From assembly GCF_009914755.1 (NCBI RefSeq), contig NC_060927.1: a stretch of 64,000 nt of DNA; one strand, 5' to 3'. A program made the position numbers and the translations under genes. Shown piece by piece: positions 46,787-63,170 of the stretch (position 1 is its first letter; every line of letters starts with the position of its first letter). The notes beneath the pieces are model-generated. The model worked only from the letters and a program-made list of their open reading frames with translations. It had not been told where the DNA came from and did no database searches. This stretch comes from the human T2T-CHM13v2.0 reference genome, Homo sapiens.

Positions 46787-46917
46787 TTAAGTCTCAATGG
46801 TCATGGCTTTGCCACCAAGAGAACATTGAAAGAATAATGAATACTTGCCACAGTGTGGCTGAGGATCAGCTGCATTCTAAAACTACAGATAGATCAGTTT
46901 TAAAAAATAAATAAATA

Positions 46918-47238
<321 letters not shown>

Positions 47239-48977
47239 TCATTATTTAAAAGGTCCACTAAGCCTCAGATCCTTGAAGAAGGTGGGTCCAATGTAGAACT
47301 GTGCTTCATTCCTTAAGAGTCTATGGATTATGGTCTTAAGTGATGTTGAGCCTGAAGAAAACAAACCCTGGCACCTCTCATAACCCATTATGATCTCTGG
47401 AGACCATCTGATTCTAAAGAGATGCAATTTGAAATGCTCCCTGAAGCACTTCAGGCCTCAACATTCTCGTTAAATTTCCCCTTTCAGCTGTCCCTGGCAG
47501 TCACTCCAAGCTGGCAGCCAACATCTTCTACTGTCTGCAACCCTCCACCCTGAAAGGAAATAAAATCTACATCCAAGTCAAGCACATGTTTTCACGCAAT
47601 TCAAAGAAAACAAACTGTGAACAACCTGAGGGCTCACAGGAGCCCTGTTATCATCTACAAAGACTCGTGAAGCAGACTCGGGCACATCATCACTTCCACA
47701 AGACACAGAAGCCTTCCTGCACCCTGCTGGGAGAAGCCCTCCCAGCTTCCTGCCTGACACACTTCCCTGGACTTTAACCAGCTCTACTTCTCTCCACCTC
47801 TGTACCAGTGACCAAGGACCAGAACCAGTTAAGATTTTTATTTTTCCTAAGGAGCAAACTTCTTACGCTGCTTCACCCCAAGAGCTCAATGGAGTTTCCT
47901 CTTGGGCACACTTAATAATCATGTCGTACCTCAGCAAGAAGGAGCAGATAATAAAATCCAAAGGCAAATAGGACAAGCTGTTAGCCAGGGATGAGAGAAC
48001 TAGCAAAGGGCAACAGACTATTCTAGGAAATAAGAAAGGAGGTGCTTGGGCAAGGCTTGCTCAGGCCCACCTTCCTCCAGCCTGGCAGCCTGACTGGTCC
48101 CTAATTCTGCCACCTCACATTGCAAAGCAGTTCTTATCTCTCATTTGAAAAACTGACAGGGACAGAAGACAGCAGACAAGAAGTCCACACACACTAGCAG
48201 CAGAAAAGAAGGTGAAGGAGAGAAGACCATGGAAAGAGGTTTATAACATAAAGCCATTGTTGCTAATTCAAATTGTTAACTATTGCGAGAAAGGAGCAGA
48301 GAATATATTTTAGAAAATGTCCAGCAGAAGAAATTTTGCTGGTTAATTGACTACATCTTGGTAGTTTTAAATATTTTCTGATGCAGTCAGGTTCCTATGT
48401 CTAAGACATATGCCTGTGACATATACATGTTTCTTCCTTTATTAAAATTATAATAAATTAATTAGGTATTCCTTTTAACTTTGTTTCTATTAGGTAAACA
48501 ACTTCTGGGCAGTAGGCACTATATGATCTTTACTCGGCCAGAGCCATTTCACTTCCTTTTATTTGCAGTTTCTATTCAGTCCAAAATATCATGTATTTTT
48601 GCTAAAATCATTATGATCCCCCCTGAAGGGCTAGGACTGGGTGAGATCAGCTGCTAACAATAAGAATAACGATGAAGAACAACAAGGGGAAAAACATCAA
48701 GAGAAGCAGTCAGATACTCAACTATTCATGGTCCACATTTATTAGGCACATATACGCATACACTTAATCCTCAGAACAACACAAAAACATGTTTGTTTTA
48801 TTCTTATTTTATATATGGAAAATAAGCTCAAATGAGTTCCAGCAAGTTGATGAAAGTTAAACATATGAAAGACAGCGGTGCTCCTATGAAAGCCAGAGCC
48901 AATCAATCAAGTCTTGTTCTCCCAACCACTTCACTAGTATACTACCTCCTGGTGGTTACCAACTACACTTTTACTCA

Positions 48978-49220
<243 letters not shown>

Positions 49221-49599
49221 CTATTCTCACTCATCTCAGCCCCCTTTCCTAACAGTCACCAAAATGTTATGAGATAAAGTAAATTTTTGTTAAGTTCTCT
49301 AACCTGGTATTTTCTACTCTTTTTTCTTCATCTTCAGTACCTTTGTAAGGGAAGTAGAAAAAATTTCCTTTGGGTTGTACACGATTTAATAAGATACACC
49401 ATTTAAAGTTCTGACTATTGCAGCTCCCATGATACTCTGATACAAATTTGGCCAAACCACGCTTTAAGGGCTCTGTGTACACACAGGAGATGGTATAAGT
49501 GAATGTCTCCTAGCCAAACTATGCACTCCCGAAGCATGGTACTGCATGTCACTACACAGCCATATAAACATATGCACAACAGAGCAGCTAAGAGCTTAG

Positions 49600-49795
49600 T
49601 TCTGCATTTGAAATTCACCTTCAATTCTTACTGATTTTTGGACTTTGTTCCTAATTATTCTAAATCTTAGTTTCATTATCCATAAAATAGGGATAATACT
49701 TACAATTCCTTGTGAGGATTAATAAAAGAAATGTACATAAATTGCTTAGCACAGAGTATGGCATAGAGAAAGCACTCTATCAATATTATTATTTA
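49600..49795 (+). mobile_element. MIR
   Basis: ttagtttcattatccataaaatagggataat...gtgaggattaa...gcttagcacag. Confidence 0.75.
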
Positions 49796-50285
49796 TTTGA
49801 CCCAAGTCTCATTTTCTTTCTTAAATTCCTTAGTACCTTTTTGTTTTCAGAACAATTCATATAATCAGGGAAAAAAATGTAAACAGTGAAGACAAATAAT
49901 CCACTTAAAGCATTACATAATTTATAAATGCTGATGCCATAAAATATGCTTTGCATTAATTTCATCTAAAATTCAGTTTTATAGTATACATCAAATATGG
50001 TTTAAATGGATGTTGATTGTTCCTTTTTCAGAATTAGCATGAAGAATATTAAAAAAGGAAAGGTACAGAAAAATAAAATCTTTCTTATTTACTTCTAGAA
50101 TTCAAATTTAATACTATGAAAGTAACAAAGTAGAATTCAACTCTTGTTTTGCTGAAGACAACTAGATATTTTGCTCCTTCAAAGCATGGATTGTGGCAAT
50201 CATCTTAGCATCCTAATCACTATGCACTGTTCCTGGGAAATAGTAGGCCCTCAAATATTTGTTGAAAGCATAAAGAGTGAGCAAA

Positions 50286-50441
50286 TGGGAGAGTGGGAGG
50301 GAAGAAGGGAGAGTGGGAGGGAAGAAGGGAGGGAGGGAGGAGTGGATGGGTGGATGGGTGGGCGGGTGGGCGGGTGGCTGGGTGGATGGGTGGATGGATG
50401 GATGGATGGATGGATGGATGGATGGATGGATGGATGCATGG
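50286..50441 (+). repeat. G-rich (GGGA)/(GGGT)/(GGAT)n microsatellite
   Basis: Seen directly. Confidence 0.95.
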
Positions 50442-50460
50442 ATTAACCAACCTTATGTTG

Positions 50461-50945
50461 CCAGTTTGTATCAGTTATTTATTGCTGTGTAACAAGTAAC
50501 CCCAGTCTTATTGGCTTCAGACAATAAGCATTTATTATCTGACAGTTTCTGTGGGTCAGGAATCCAAGACTGGCCTAGCTGGGTGGTTCTGGCTCAACAT
50601 CTCTCACACCTCTGCAGTGTTAGTGGGGCTGCAGTCATCTACAGCTTGACTGGTCCAAAGGATACTCTTCCAAGCTCATTCGCATGGCTGTCAGCAGGGG
50701 GCTTCAGTTCCTCACTGTGTGCGCCTCTCCACAGCACTGCTCACAGCATAGCTTCTCCCAGAGCAAGAGATCCAAGAGAGAGGGAAATAGAAAGGATGAC
50801 TAGGACAGAAGGCAGATTTTTATAACCTTATCCTGGAAGTGAAACGCCATCATTAGGCTATTGGTCTCACAGACCTGGGAACAGACTGCACGAAGGTGTA
50901 AATACAAGAAGGCAGGGATCATTGGAGGACATCATAGAGGCTGTG
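50461..50945 (-). mobile_element. MLT1 (MaLR) LTR
   Basis: tcagttatttattgctgtgtaacaa...cagtttctgtgggtcaggaatc...ggggctgcagtcatct. Confidence 0.8.
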
Positions 50946-51277
50946 GAGTTTGAAATAATCAAATCTTCTAAATTGCAAAGCCAGTAACAAATTAACATAG
51001 TACCATAGGCAGGGTTATTTTTGTACAGCTGCAAAAACTTATTCAAATCATTCATATTATGTTGCAAAGATTAAAAGGGAAATAGCTATTTAAAAAAAAA
51101 AAAAACAGTAAATATCCATGAGAAATGTCAACTTGGATTTTCTTCCTAACCCAAAAATGATTGAAATGTTCTTCCTGCCCAACTTTCAACTCATGGCAAT
51201 AGTTCGTTTTCATTCTAAAAATTCAAGACTTGACTCAGCAAACACATCAGTGCCAAGAAAGCGAATTTCCAAAATTA

Positions 51278-51676
<399 letters not shown>

Positions 51677-52346
51677 GAAAGATGATTTTTGCATCACCAA
51701 ATCTTTACACTGATTTCTCTCTAGTTTTTCCTTTGCAATGAAATGTCACTCAGACTTGGACTAAGATTAAGTCATAACTGACAGCTGTTGACTCTCTCAA
51801 GCTCTTCTCTGACCGTATCAAGCCTGAGTATCCTTATTTTGCACATTCTTCCTTATGTAAGATGCTTCTGAGGGATGGTGGCAGTGGCTGGCATGTACTA
51901 ATACAAAATACTTCAAATTATATTTTTGAGCTGGAAATTCAAGAGAAACAAATACCAGGCTGAAGTCAGTTGCTACTGAATGATGGAGAATCTCCATTCC
52001 AAAGGACAGTCTTTATTTATGGCTTCATCCTAGGTTGGTGCCTTCAAAGTTGTCCTTTGCAAGTGTTTCATCCCAGTTCTACTCTGAGTGCCAAGAAGCC
52101 AGGAACATTTGGTGAACTCGGCTATGTCTCTCTGCACTGGTGGTGACTTTTTGCTGCTCCTCCCTAGACAACCCCTATGTGACATAAGATGATATTGTAA
52201 AAGTCATAAGATATTCACGAATTAAGCAAACCATCACCAATACCTTAAATGATGTAATTACTTACATATAGCCATTTTTTAAACGGAGTGGGATGAGGGA
52301 TGCTAAGATGTAGGCCATACAAAATTTATTTAAAAGATCTTTTTTG

Positions 52347-52692
<346 letters not shown>

Positions 52693-53428
52693 TCATGTTC
52701 TGGAGTTAATTACCCTCACGTTTGACTTTGAACCAAACTCAATTACATACAAGAATTAATCGAAACACACTTAGCTTAAGGCACAGGTAAACCATGAAGA
52801 AGACTTAGAAGCTGTGCAGTGTCATCGTAAATTAGCAGAAGCTTTATTACCTGCCCTAATTCAAATTACATGCTTTCACACTTGCTTTGTTCAAAAGGTA
52901 CAACAGGTAGAAGGCATCCTCAAATGACAGCTTCACTCTCAGTGGTGTCTCTTACAGGTATTTTCAAGCAGAAATTGTGCACATATTACAAGTTAACAAG
53001 AAATGGAAACCATCTCAGCAGGTAATCTTTCAAATCCCAATTCCAGGAAACCAAAATGTCAATTAAAGCACCCTGGGCTTTTTAGTGATGCTCAATACCT
53101 ACTTATAAATGATTGTGATGTTATAGGGTTTCTTTCCATCTAACTTGTGCTTTAGGCATCTCAACATTGGAAAGGAGACCATAGGTCATCATGGAGTCTA
53201 ATCCTTTGGCCCCACCACCATCCCGCAGTGGCATATGTGAAAGGTTGTCAACATCATCACTTTGTTGTCACTGTCACCCTCAACCTACGAGGACTCCACT
53301 TGACTTCATCCTGAAAACACACTTAGGTACAGGTAAGTATGCTTTCAGTGTCCCAGAACAGCGTATTCGAAACCAGATCACGCCACCGCTCAGCTGGACC
53401 TGCCACCCTTATAATAAAATCAAAACTC

Positions 53429-53740
53429 GGCCGGGCGCGGTGGTTCATGCCTGTAATCCCAGCACTTTGGGAGGCCAAGGCAGGTGGATCACCTGAGGCC
53501 ACAAGTTCACCACCAACCCGGCCAACATAGTGAAACCTCGTCTCTACTAAAAATACAAAAATGAGCTGGGCATGGTGGCACACACCTGTAGTCCCAGATA
53601 CTCAGGAGGCTGAGGCACAAGAATCACTTGAACCCGGGTGGCAGAGGTTGCAGTGAGCCGAGATCACACCACTGCACTCCAGCCTGGATGATAGAGTGAG
53701 ACTCCATCCTCCTGCCACTACCAAATAAAAAAAAAAAAGA
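53429..53740 (+). mobile_element. AluS
   Basis: Full dimer. Confidence 0.9.
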
Positions 53741-53744
53741 AACC

Positions 53745-54440
53745 TCATCTCCATGACCTGAAAGGCCCTACAGGCCTCCATCTCCTGTTTGTGCCCGACT
53801 TGAGCCACATTCATCTGCTAGTTCTTCCTCAAACCTGCCACGTTCTTTGCCGCCTCGGTGAATTGTTGGCACTGCTCCCTCTGCCCGCTGTCCTCTGCCC
53901 CCAGATCACCAGGAGACCAACTCCTACTCAAAATCCAGGTCCTGTCTCAAGTTTCTAACTTCCAGAGAGGCCTTCCCTGACCAGTGCATCTAACACCTAT
54001 TGCATTACCCATTATCTCTCAAAACTAGCTGTTATTTTTTTCCGCATTTATTCACTCACATGCCTATTACGTGCCATATGTGTGCACACAAGATGGTAAG
54101 CTTTATAATAATAGCAGCTGATCAAAGCTAAAGCTTACACTGTATGGAAAATTTACTATGTGCCAGGCTCAGTTCTAAGCACTTCAGTTTCTCACAAGCC
54201 TATAAGGCAAGTAAGAATATTATCCTCCTCTTACAAATGAGAAAACTAAAGCACAAAGAGGTTAAGTAACTTGTCCAAGACACACAACCACTAAATGGTA
54301 AAGCTGGGATCCAAGTCTGGAAGTTTGTGGCTCTAGAATCCACACTGATAAGTAGGAAATTCTGCCTCCTTCCCACAAGAGCAGAGACCTGCTCTGTCTT
54401 GCTCACTGCTGAATCTCCAGGAGCCTAGAATGCTTGGAAG
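53745..54440 (+). mobile_element. L2 fragment interrupted by a MIR (minus strand, about 54110-54345)
   Basis: ccagagaggccttccctgacc; gtctgtcttgctcactgctgaatctccag-type 3' end; MIR ttacaaatgagaaaactaaagcac. Confidence 0.7.
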
Positions 54441-54617
54441 AGAAGGCCAGGGGAGGGAGCTGACTGTCTCCTAGCCTAGGTGGACTTCCTTTTTCTCTCC
54501 TATCATACCCCAAATACTTCCAACCCAGGGATCCTATCCCCCATTCCTAACAGTATCCTCAGTTCCATCACTGCAAGTGTCATCTGAAATCCTACAATGG
54601 GGTGACTCAGCTCAAAA

Positions 54618-54926
<309 letters not shown>

Positions 54927-55172
54927 TCAGCTCTTAATTTCTTCATTCACAAAGCAATAATTTCGAGGACTCAGAAAGCATCTCTTCCTTCATTCACTGA
55001 GCCCAACTATCCATCTCACTCACGTTTTTTTAAAATTCTAGAAAAAGAAGTCAAGTTAGAAAGAACAGCCAAAGTTTTTTTCTTTTCTTCCTCCCCCCCC
55101 CACCCCCCACAGCTACTCACAGAGATATCAAGATGTCTGGAACAGAAAATAAGGACTGAATATTAAACTCAC

Positions 55173-55640
55173 CCAGTTCAATTTTCTTATAGTAATTTAC
55201 CAAATAAGGCATAACCTCAGCCTACAAGCCCTTCCTTCTACTCCAGCTTCTATTTGGGTCATAATATATCTATCTTCAAATGATCACATTCCCGGGGTGG
55301 AAAAGTAGCCTGTTGCTTAATCAAAACGTCATCCAACAAAAACCATTCTCGCAGTTAAATTCCGTTTCCTTCAGGAGCAGTTGGCTGAAAGCTCGCTGGG
55401 ACATGTGGTTTCAGCTATTCTTACTCTTCAGGGAAGTGCTATTTTTCTTCAAAGCAACGTAGCCCAGCAACCCCAAGGAAACCTGATTAACTTCTTTGGT
55501 GATGTGCTAGTAAAACTCACTGTTGTCTTGCTTCAGGGAATTTTAATGGCAGCATTTCTGTTTCATTCATTAGAACCTTGAAGTACCCAAAGAAATGAAT
55601 ATCCTTTCTCTTTCTTTGTTCCTCATTTTGTTTTCAGAAT
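55173..55640 (-). other. Candidate non-coding first exon (5' UTR) of a minus-strand gene (unverified guess: RBM47 exon 1)
   Basis: Repeat-free block; donor TGG|GTGAGT at 55173; Inr-like gcATTCT near 55640; 5' boundary uncertain. Confidence 0.4.
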
Positions 55641-56280
55641 GCAGGTCAGGATCAGAAACTGGGAACCATGCGACACCTCTGCAAAGAGTCGATAGGTAGA
55701 TAAACTTGATGGCTTGCAATCCAAAGGGTGCTCATAAAGGAAAAGCTTAGGTGTTAATAGGACATGCCAATTACTCCAGTGTCGGGCTGCATAGCTCAGA
55801 TGGCTCCAGCACCAGGCCAAGAGACCAAAAATTCAGAATCAGTCTTCTCAATAAACTGTGAGCTCAGCAATATTCCAATATTAAGCAGCACCCTGGACTC
55901 CAGAGAGTCATCTTGAAAGTATGTGCGGGTGATTCAAGAGGAACTGGCCTCTAGAGTGGGTCACTACAAACTGACCATCATTCCCGGAAAAGCTGCTGAG
56001 CACATGGCCTTCAGCACATGGCCTTGTCCCTGGGCAACCGACACATCTGGATGAGGGTGGGACAAGTGAACAGTGGTGGGATTAATTATACAAGCAAACA
56101 GTGGTGGCTTTAAGGTCCAGCTTTTAAAAAGCTGGGGCCAAAAAGTTAGGTGTTTTAAATTCTGGGTCATGCCCCTTATTAGCTGTGTGACACTGGACAA
56201 ATTACTTAGCCTCTCTAAGCCATACTTTTGGAGATCATTTGAAATATAGCACATAGGTATATGAAAAATAAACGGGTAAT

Positions 56281-56580
56281 GGCTGGGCGTGGTAGCTCAC
56301 GCCTATAATCCCAGCATTTTGGCAGGCCAAGGTGAACAGATTACCTGAGGTCAGGAGTTCAAGACCAGCCTGGCCAACATGGTGAAACACCGTCTCTACT
56401 ACAAATACAAAAATTAGCCACACATGGTGGTGCACGCCTATAATCCCAGCTACTCGAGAGGCTGAGGCAGGAGAATCACTTGAACCCAGGAGGTGAAGGT
56501 TGCAGCGAGCCAAGATCGCCCTACTGTGTACTCCAGCCTGGGCAAGAGACTGAGACTCCATCTCAAAAAAAAAAAAAAAA
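56281..56580 (+). mobile_element. AluS (within a MIR, about 56145-56640)
   Basis: Full dimer. Confidence 0.92.
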
Positions 56581-56870
56581 GGCAAGATAGAGAAGTCATT
56601 GTGACTTAGCACAGAGTTGCTGATCAGTAGCTGAGGTGCAGACTGGTTAAATGATGGGTATATATAAGAGAACTAGTTAGTACACAGGTCCCCTAATGTT
56701 TGGTATTGTGGAAGAGGCCCTGGCCTGAGAGTTGGAATGCTCGCTTATTAGTGCAAGCACAGCCACAGATTATATATGTGCTGTAGAGCTTACCCCGTCC
56801 AATGTTTATTCTACTTAAATCTAAATAATTACAATTAAATGAATTAAAATGAAATAGAATTAGAAATTTA

Positions 56871-57184
<314 letters not shown>

Positions 57185-57571
57185 AAATTTAATTTCCTAG
57201 TCACACTAGCCACATTTATTTCAAGAGCTCCGTAGCCATGTGTGGCTTTTAGCTTCTATATTGGATAGCTCCACTGTAGAACATTTTAAACATCACTGCA
57301 AGTTCTGTTGGACAGTACTGCTTTAGCAAGCAGGTGAACCTTTTGGCTCCCACTTCGGCTTTTTTGAGGAGTTGGTAAAATATGACCATTAAGCATAACT
57401 TTGGAGTTATGCTGACTTCAGATTCTGATTCTGGTTTCTCAAATCCTGCCTGACATTGAACAAACAACTTGCCTTCAGTTTCATCATCTGTAAAATTGAG
57501 ATAATAATAGCCCCTCACAGACTTATAAAATATTATATGAGAGACTGTATTAGATATATGTGGTTAGTACT

Positions 57572-57934
57572 TCATATGGTTTGGCTGTGTCCTCACCCTT
57601 CTCATCTTGAATTGTAGCTCCCATAATTCCCACGTGTTGTGGGAGGCACCCGGTGGGAGATAACTGAATCATGGGGGTGGTTTCCCCCATATTCCTCTGG
57701 TGGTAGTGAATAAGTCTCACAAGAACTGATGGTTTTATAAGGGGAAACCCCTTTTGCTCGGTTCTTATTTTTTCCTTTTGCCTGCTGCCATGTAAGACAT
57801 GTCTTTCACCTTCCACCATGAGTGTGCCGCCTCCCCAGCCATGTGGAACTGTGAGTCCATTAAACCTATTTTTCTTTATAAATTACCTAGTCTCAGGTAT
57901 GTCCTTATTGGCAGTGTGAGAACAGACTAATACA
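57572..57934 (+). mobile_element. THE1 (THE1B/C, MaLR) solo LTR
   Basis: atatggtttggctgtgtcc...gaattgtagctcccataattccc...cagactaataca; 5-bp TSD gtact/gtatt. Confidence 0.92.
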
Positions 57935-58914
57935 GTATTAAATGCTCAAGAGATAGCATGTATGTATTTTACATAGAGTTTATCATTTGTATCAGGTCTC
58001 GTAAGTCGAGGCATCTGTCTGCCTCCAGAGACCAATCTCTTAAAACACTTTCTCCCCTTGCAGGGTTGGAGACTTTCACTATGTAACTTAAAATAAAACA
58101 GTGAAGGAAGATTTTTCCTGCAGTGCCATTTTGACCAGAGCTGGATTTACTCTAACAAGTGCCTGCACCTCTTGGTCGAGTTCCCTGAGCATCGGCCCTC
58201 TCCTGTGGCTTTGGGAAGAGGTCTTGACTTAGGAAGAAGGCTTCCATGATCCTCTCAGCCTGAGACTGGCCTGGGGTTTTAATTCCCACCCTCTGCTTAT
58301 CTCTTGGCCGACATTTGGGCATGCCACATGCCCCTTCTTTGGTGCAAGGTCTATCATCTGCAAGGTGCATTTTACAGAAAAAAAGGCAGAGTCCTGCTCT
58401 TGACCTTTCTCCTTCTCACCAGGGAAATGCTTCGTGCCATCCACCCTGAGCAGAAGTCCAGAGACACCTGGGCAACTTCCATGGTGCATTTAAAAAGGGA
58501 AGAAATGCCAGAATACAGCTGTAAAAATGATGGTATATTTTAAATATCAATACCTAATAAATCAATGCTTTTAATGCCTACATAATATGCCACGTGGAGT
58601 GACTGCCATTACGAGACAATTATGGTCTCATAAAAAATATTAATTATCAGTGTCTTGTATTGTAGAGTGTGTGGTCTGGTAATAGGGCTCATGTGTAACA
58701 TCGTAATGATTGTATTGTCATTTCAGTCACCATTATAGTGACTGTATATCTAAGCTCAGTAGGCACCAGTGCCAAAAATCTACATTTGAAGCCCTTTGTG
58801 ACTGATGCATCCCAGGTACTAAAAGCTCTCATGAGAGGTCCTGAGAGCACAAGTCCTGGCTTACTTCAAAAAATATATATTTTTGTTTGTTTGTTTCTTA
58901 ACAGTAAGGAAAAT

Positions 58915-59135
<221 letters not shown>

Positions 59136-59749
59136 AAAATGAATATTTTAATGCAAGGGGTTTCTCAGAATAGAGGAAAAGTTCAAGACACATCATAAAG
59201 TAAAACTTGTTTGCCTTCTGACATAAATATTTGCTTTTCTTTATATGTGCATATAATTTATTTCTCTGGTCTTGCCTTCTGCTTCAGTAGTTACTGATTT
59301 ATGAACCAATGTTTAGTAGTGCTCTCCTTTGAAGCTGGGGAAAATTAAGTGAAGTTCTTTTATGTGAATAATGTGGAGTACAATGAGACTCTCCGAGGCC
59401 TCTCTGTGAAATGACTTTAAAACCACTGGTGAGCATTTCAACTCTGGACTTTTCTGTCTTTTAAAATTCACTCACATAGTTTGGATGAAAAGAATTTCAA
59501 CAGACAATGAGATTTAGATAGCCTGATTCTAAGTTTCGGTGCTCTTCTCCAAATACAGTTTCTTTTTAGGTGAATATTATGTTTTAAAATTTTTTAAAAA
59601 TGAAATTAGAGTTTGATAGCAGTCTTTTAAATAAGTCATTTCCCCACCCCTCCTTATCTCTCTCTCCCTCCCAATTATTCTGTCACTTATTCACTGATGC
59701 CCTGGCTAACACAGTCACTCAGCACTCCTCCTAGAGGGAACATTAGTTG

Positions 59750-59960
59750 ACAACGGCCGCTTCCAGGGTGGGTAACTTTGCCAAATTACTTAACTTCTTT
59801 ATGTTTCAGTTTTTTATATTTGTAAAATGGGAATAGTGATGGTACTCACCCCATAAGGTGATTATAATAGTACAGTTTATAAGTTGGTGGGAGGTTTGAA
59901 TGAGTTAATGCATCTAAAGTACTTGAAGTCGTACCTAGCACCCAGGAAGTACTCATGTTG
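59750..59960 (+). mobile_element. MIR
   Basis: aattacttaacttc...tttgtaaaatgggaatagtgatggtactcacc. Confidence 0.75.
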
Positions 59961-60000
59961 TCATATTTTACTCATCAAATAGTAATTGAGTGCCTTCTTA

Positions 60001-60372
<372 letters not shown>

Positions 60373-60513
60373 TCAAACACACCATTTATTTATTAAAAAT
60401 TCTGTTGATACTGGGATGTAAGTGCTTCATGGAACTGTGATGACCAATCTGCATGTTCATATTTCCCCTCTCCTTCTTTTAAAACACGTTTAATATAATA
60501 TTTTCAAAATAAA

Positions 60514-60514
<1 letters not shown>

Positions 60515-60555
<41 letters not shown>

Positions 60556-60850
60556 CAGGGTCTCACTCTATCGCCCAGGCTGGAGTACAGTGTTACGATC
60601 ACCACTCACTGCAGCTTCAGCCTCCCCAGCTTAAGTGATCCTCCCACTTCAGCCTTACTCTCGGGAGTAGCTGGGACCACAGGCATGCACCACCATGCCT
60701 TGCTAATTTTTTTTTTTTTTTTTTTTTTTTTAGAGATAGGAGTCTCACTATGTTGCCCAGGGTGGTCTTGAACTTCTGGGCCCAAGTGATTCTCCAGCCT
60801 CAACGTCCCAAAGTGTTAGGATTTACAGGTGTGAACCACCATGCCTGGCA
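60515..60850 (-). mobile_element. AluJ with a (TG)~20 tail microsatellite (60515-60554)
   Basis: Reverse dimer whose tail is a pure TG run. Confidence 0.9.
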
Positions 60851-62751
60851 CAAAATACCATTTCATTATCAGATTAATTTTGTACCATGGAGACAAGGGG
60901 AAGTTTTCTCTTTTCTTTGTAGATGAAGCAACTTGAGGACAGATATTTGGAGGTCTTGTCTGAGGTTCATTTAAAATGGGGCAGAGGCCCCAGGCCTTCT
61001 AACTCTCCATCCAGTTCTCTGTAGTAGCCCTTCCTACCCCAGCTTTGGTACTGATGTCAACCCCAGTGTTTCCTCATTTACTGAGCATGTGTGACTTTCA
61101 AAAGGCTCTGTTACTCTCTTGATTTCTGTGAGGAGCGAGATAGCCATGACTTTACCCTGACCATGTGACTGGAAACATACTGAATATTATTGGATGGAGA
61201 AGTTCACAGTGTTTCACAAACACATGACAAGTTATTGTTAACATTATATGAATGGGAGGTGGCAGGTCAAGTAAGGCCAGAGAAGCATTCAAGCTGACAC
61301 CTTGTTCATGAATTTAATCTCTTATGAGAACAGCTAGAATGATCACAGTGGCCAGTTTGGTAGCCTGATCATTTTGGTCATATGCAGAAATGTTCTCAAT
61401 GGACTTTGAGAGTTAGAATTAGTTGGTATACAGGCTCCTCCTTGGAAATGTACACACCAAGCAATTGAGAAAAGCTGGAAATGCACCTGTCTCAAGTCTC
61501 ATTGAAAATTCCTTTAGGTATCATACTCCAAAAGATTACATGGAATTGAACATTTTTGAAATAAGGACAGGACTAATAGACTTTCTTAAGTGGAAATCTC
61601 TCGTCTTTTTTTCCCCTGGTACTTTGAAAACTTAAAATAAACATCGTTTCCAGTATTTGATGGTTTATTTACTAACTACCTGTTTGGAGGAAATGTCATA
61701 TTGTCTCAGAACAATGGAAGCTCTGCTCACAAGAGAGCAAGGAGAGGGGGTGGTTTTCAGTAGTCAGTTGGGATAGACCCAGTTTGGCTCACATTTTTTG
61801 CATCTCTGAGTTCAGATGAAAAGGATAGTGAGTGGCACTGCAGAAAACCCAAGAAAACTGGAAATAGAAAATCGCAATTTTGAAACTAAAGCAATTAAAC
61901 TAGTGCCCCATTTGAACATGCTCAGTGACTTGGCTTAGAACTGTTAGTCAAGAAGAATGTATTAAATGCTGTATTTGTAAAGACGTCTTCCCTAGTTGAT
62001 AGATTCTCTGCCCTTCATTGGCTTTTGGAGAATCAGCTCAAGGGTAAAAGGGTATAGGATAGAAGGAGCAAATGGGCCAGATGTTTGTGGTCATTTCCTT
62101 CCATTTCCAGCCAGACATAGCTGATTGATCATGGTGCCTCTTCTCACTAAACACAGGCATGTTTGCAACATCATTCTCTATTGGAATTGGCACATGAAAC
62201 TTATATACCATCCTTGATAAATGACATTGTTTTTTTCTGTTGATGTAGTCCCAATTTTACCCATATTAACTTTTAAAAAAAAAGATTGTCTTATCTTAGT
62301 AGAAATATCTAAGCTCAGCTGAAGAAATAGATTCTATAAATACCCTTACAACCTAAACGCTAATTTTATCCCTAGATGAGTTGAGATGTGCACCTGAATT
62401 TGTCTCTTGCATCTGAATCAGGGCCAATTGCTAAGCTCTATTAACAGAAGTATGTAATTAAGATAAAGGGCAGGAGCAGGACAGCCAGTCCTAAAATTAG
62501 CTCTTGCCTTGATGTTCCCCAGGTGCAAGTGCACACAGCCTTGGTCCTTTCATTCTGGATGCACCCGATTTCCTTTTCAAGATGTGTGCAGGCCTTACCA
62601 GGATTTCCAAAAGCTTGGTTCTGGCTCAGGTTGGGAAGCTGAGATTGTTTTCTCCTGTGGGTTGTTATTCGTGTTTGAAATGTCCTCTGGCACCTTAGAA
62701 CCTTTTTGCGTAAATATTCTTTAAGATAGGTGTCACATTATTTATGTTTAG

Positions 62752-63170
<419 letters not shown>

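Noticed and set aside
50171-50499. Stacked ORFs with GWMD/HPSI repeats
   Set aside because: They are translations of the (GGAT)n microsatellite.
53156-53338. Plus-strand exon ending at the perfect donor CAG|GTAAGT (53332)
   Set aside because: No convincing acceptor, adjacent to L2-derived sequence, and isolated consensus donors occur by chance.
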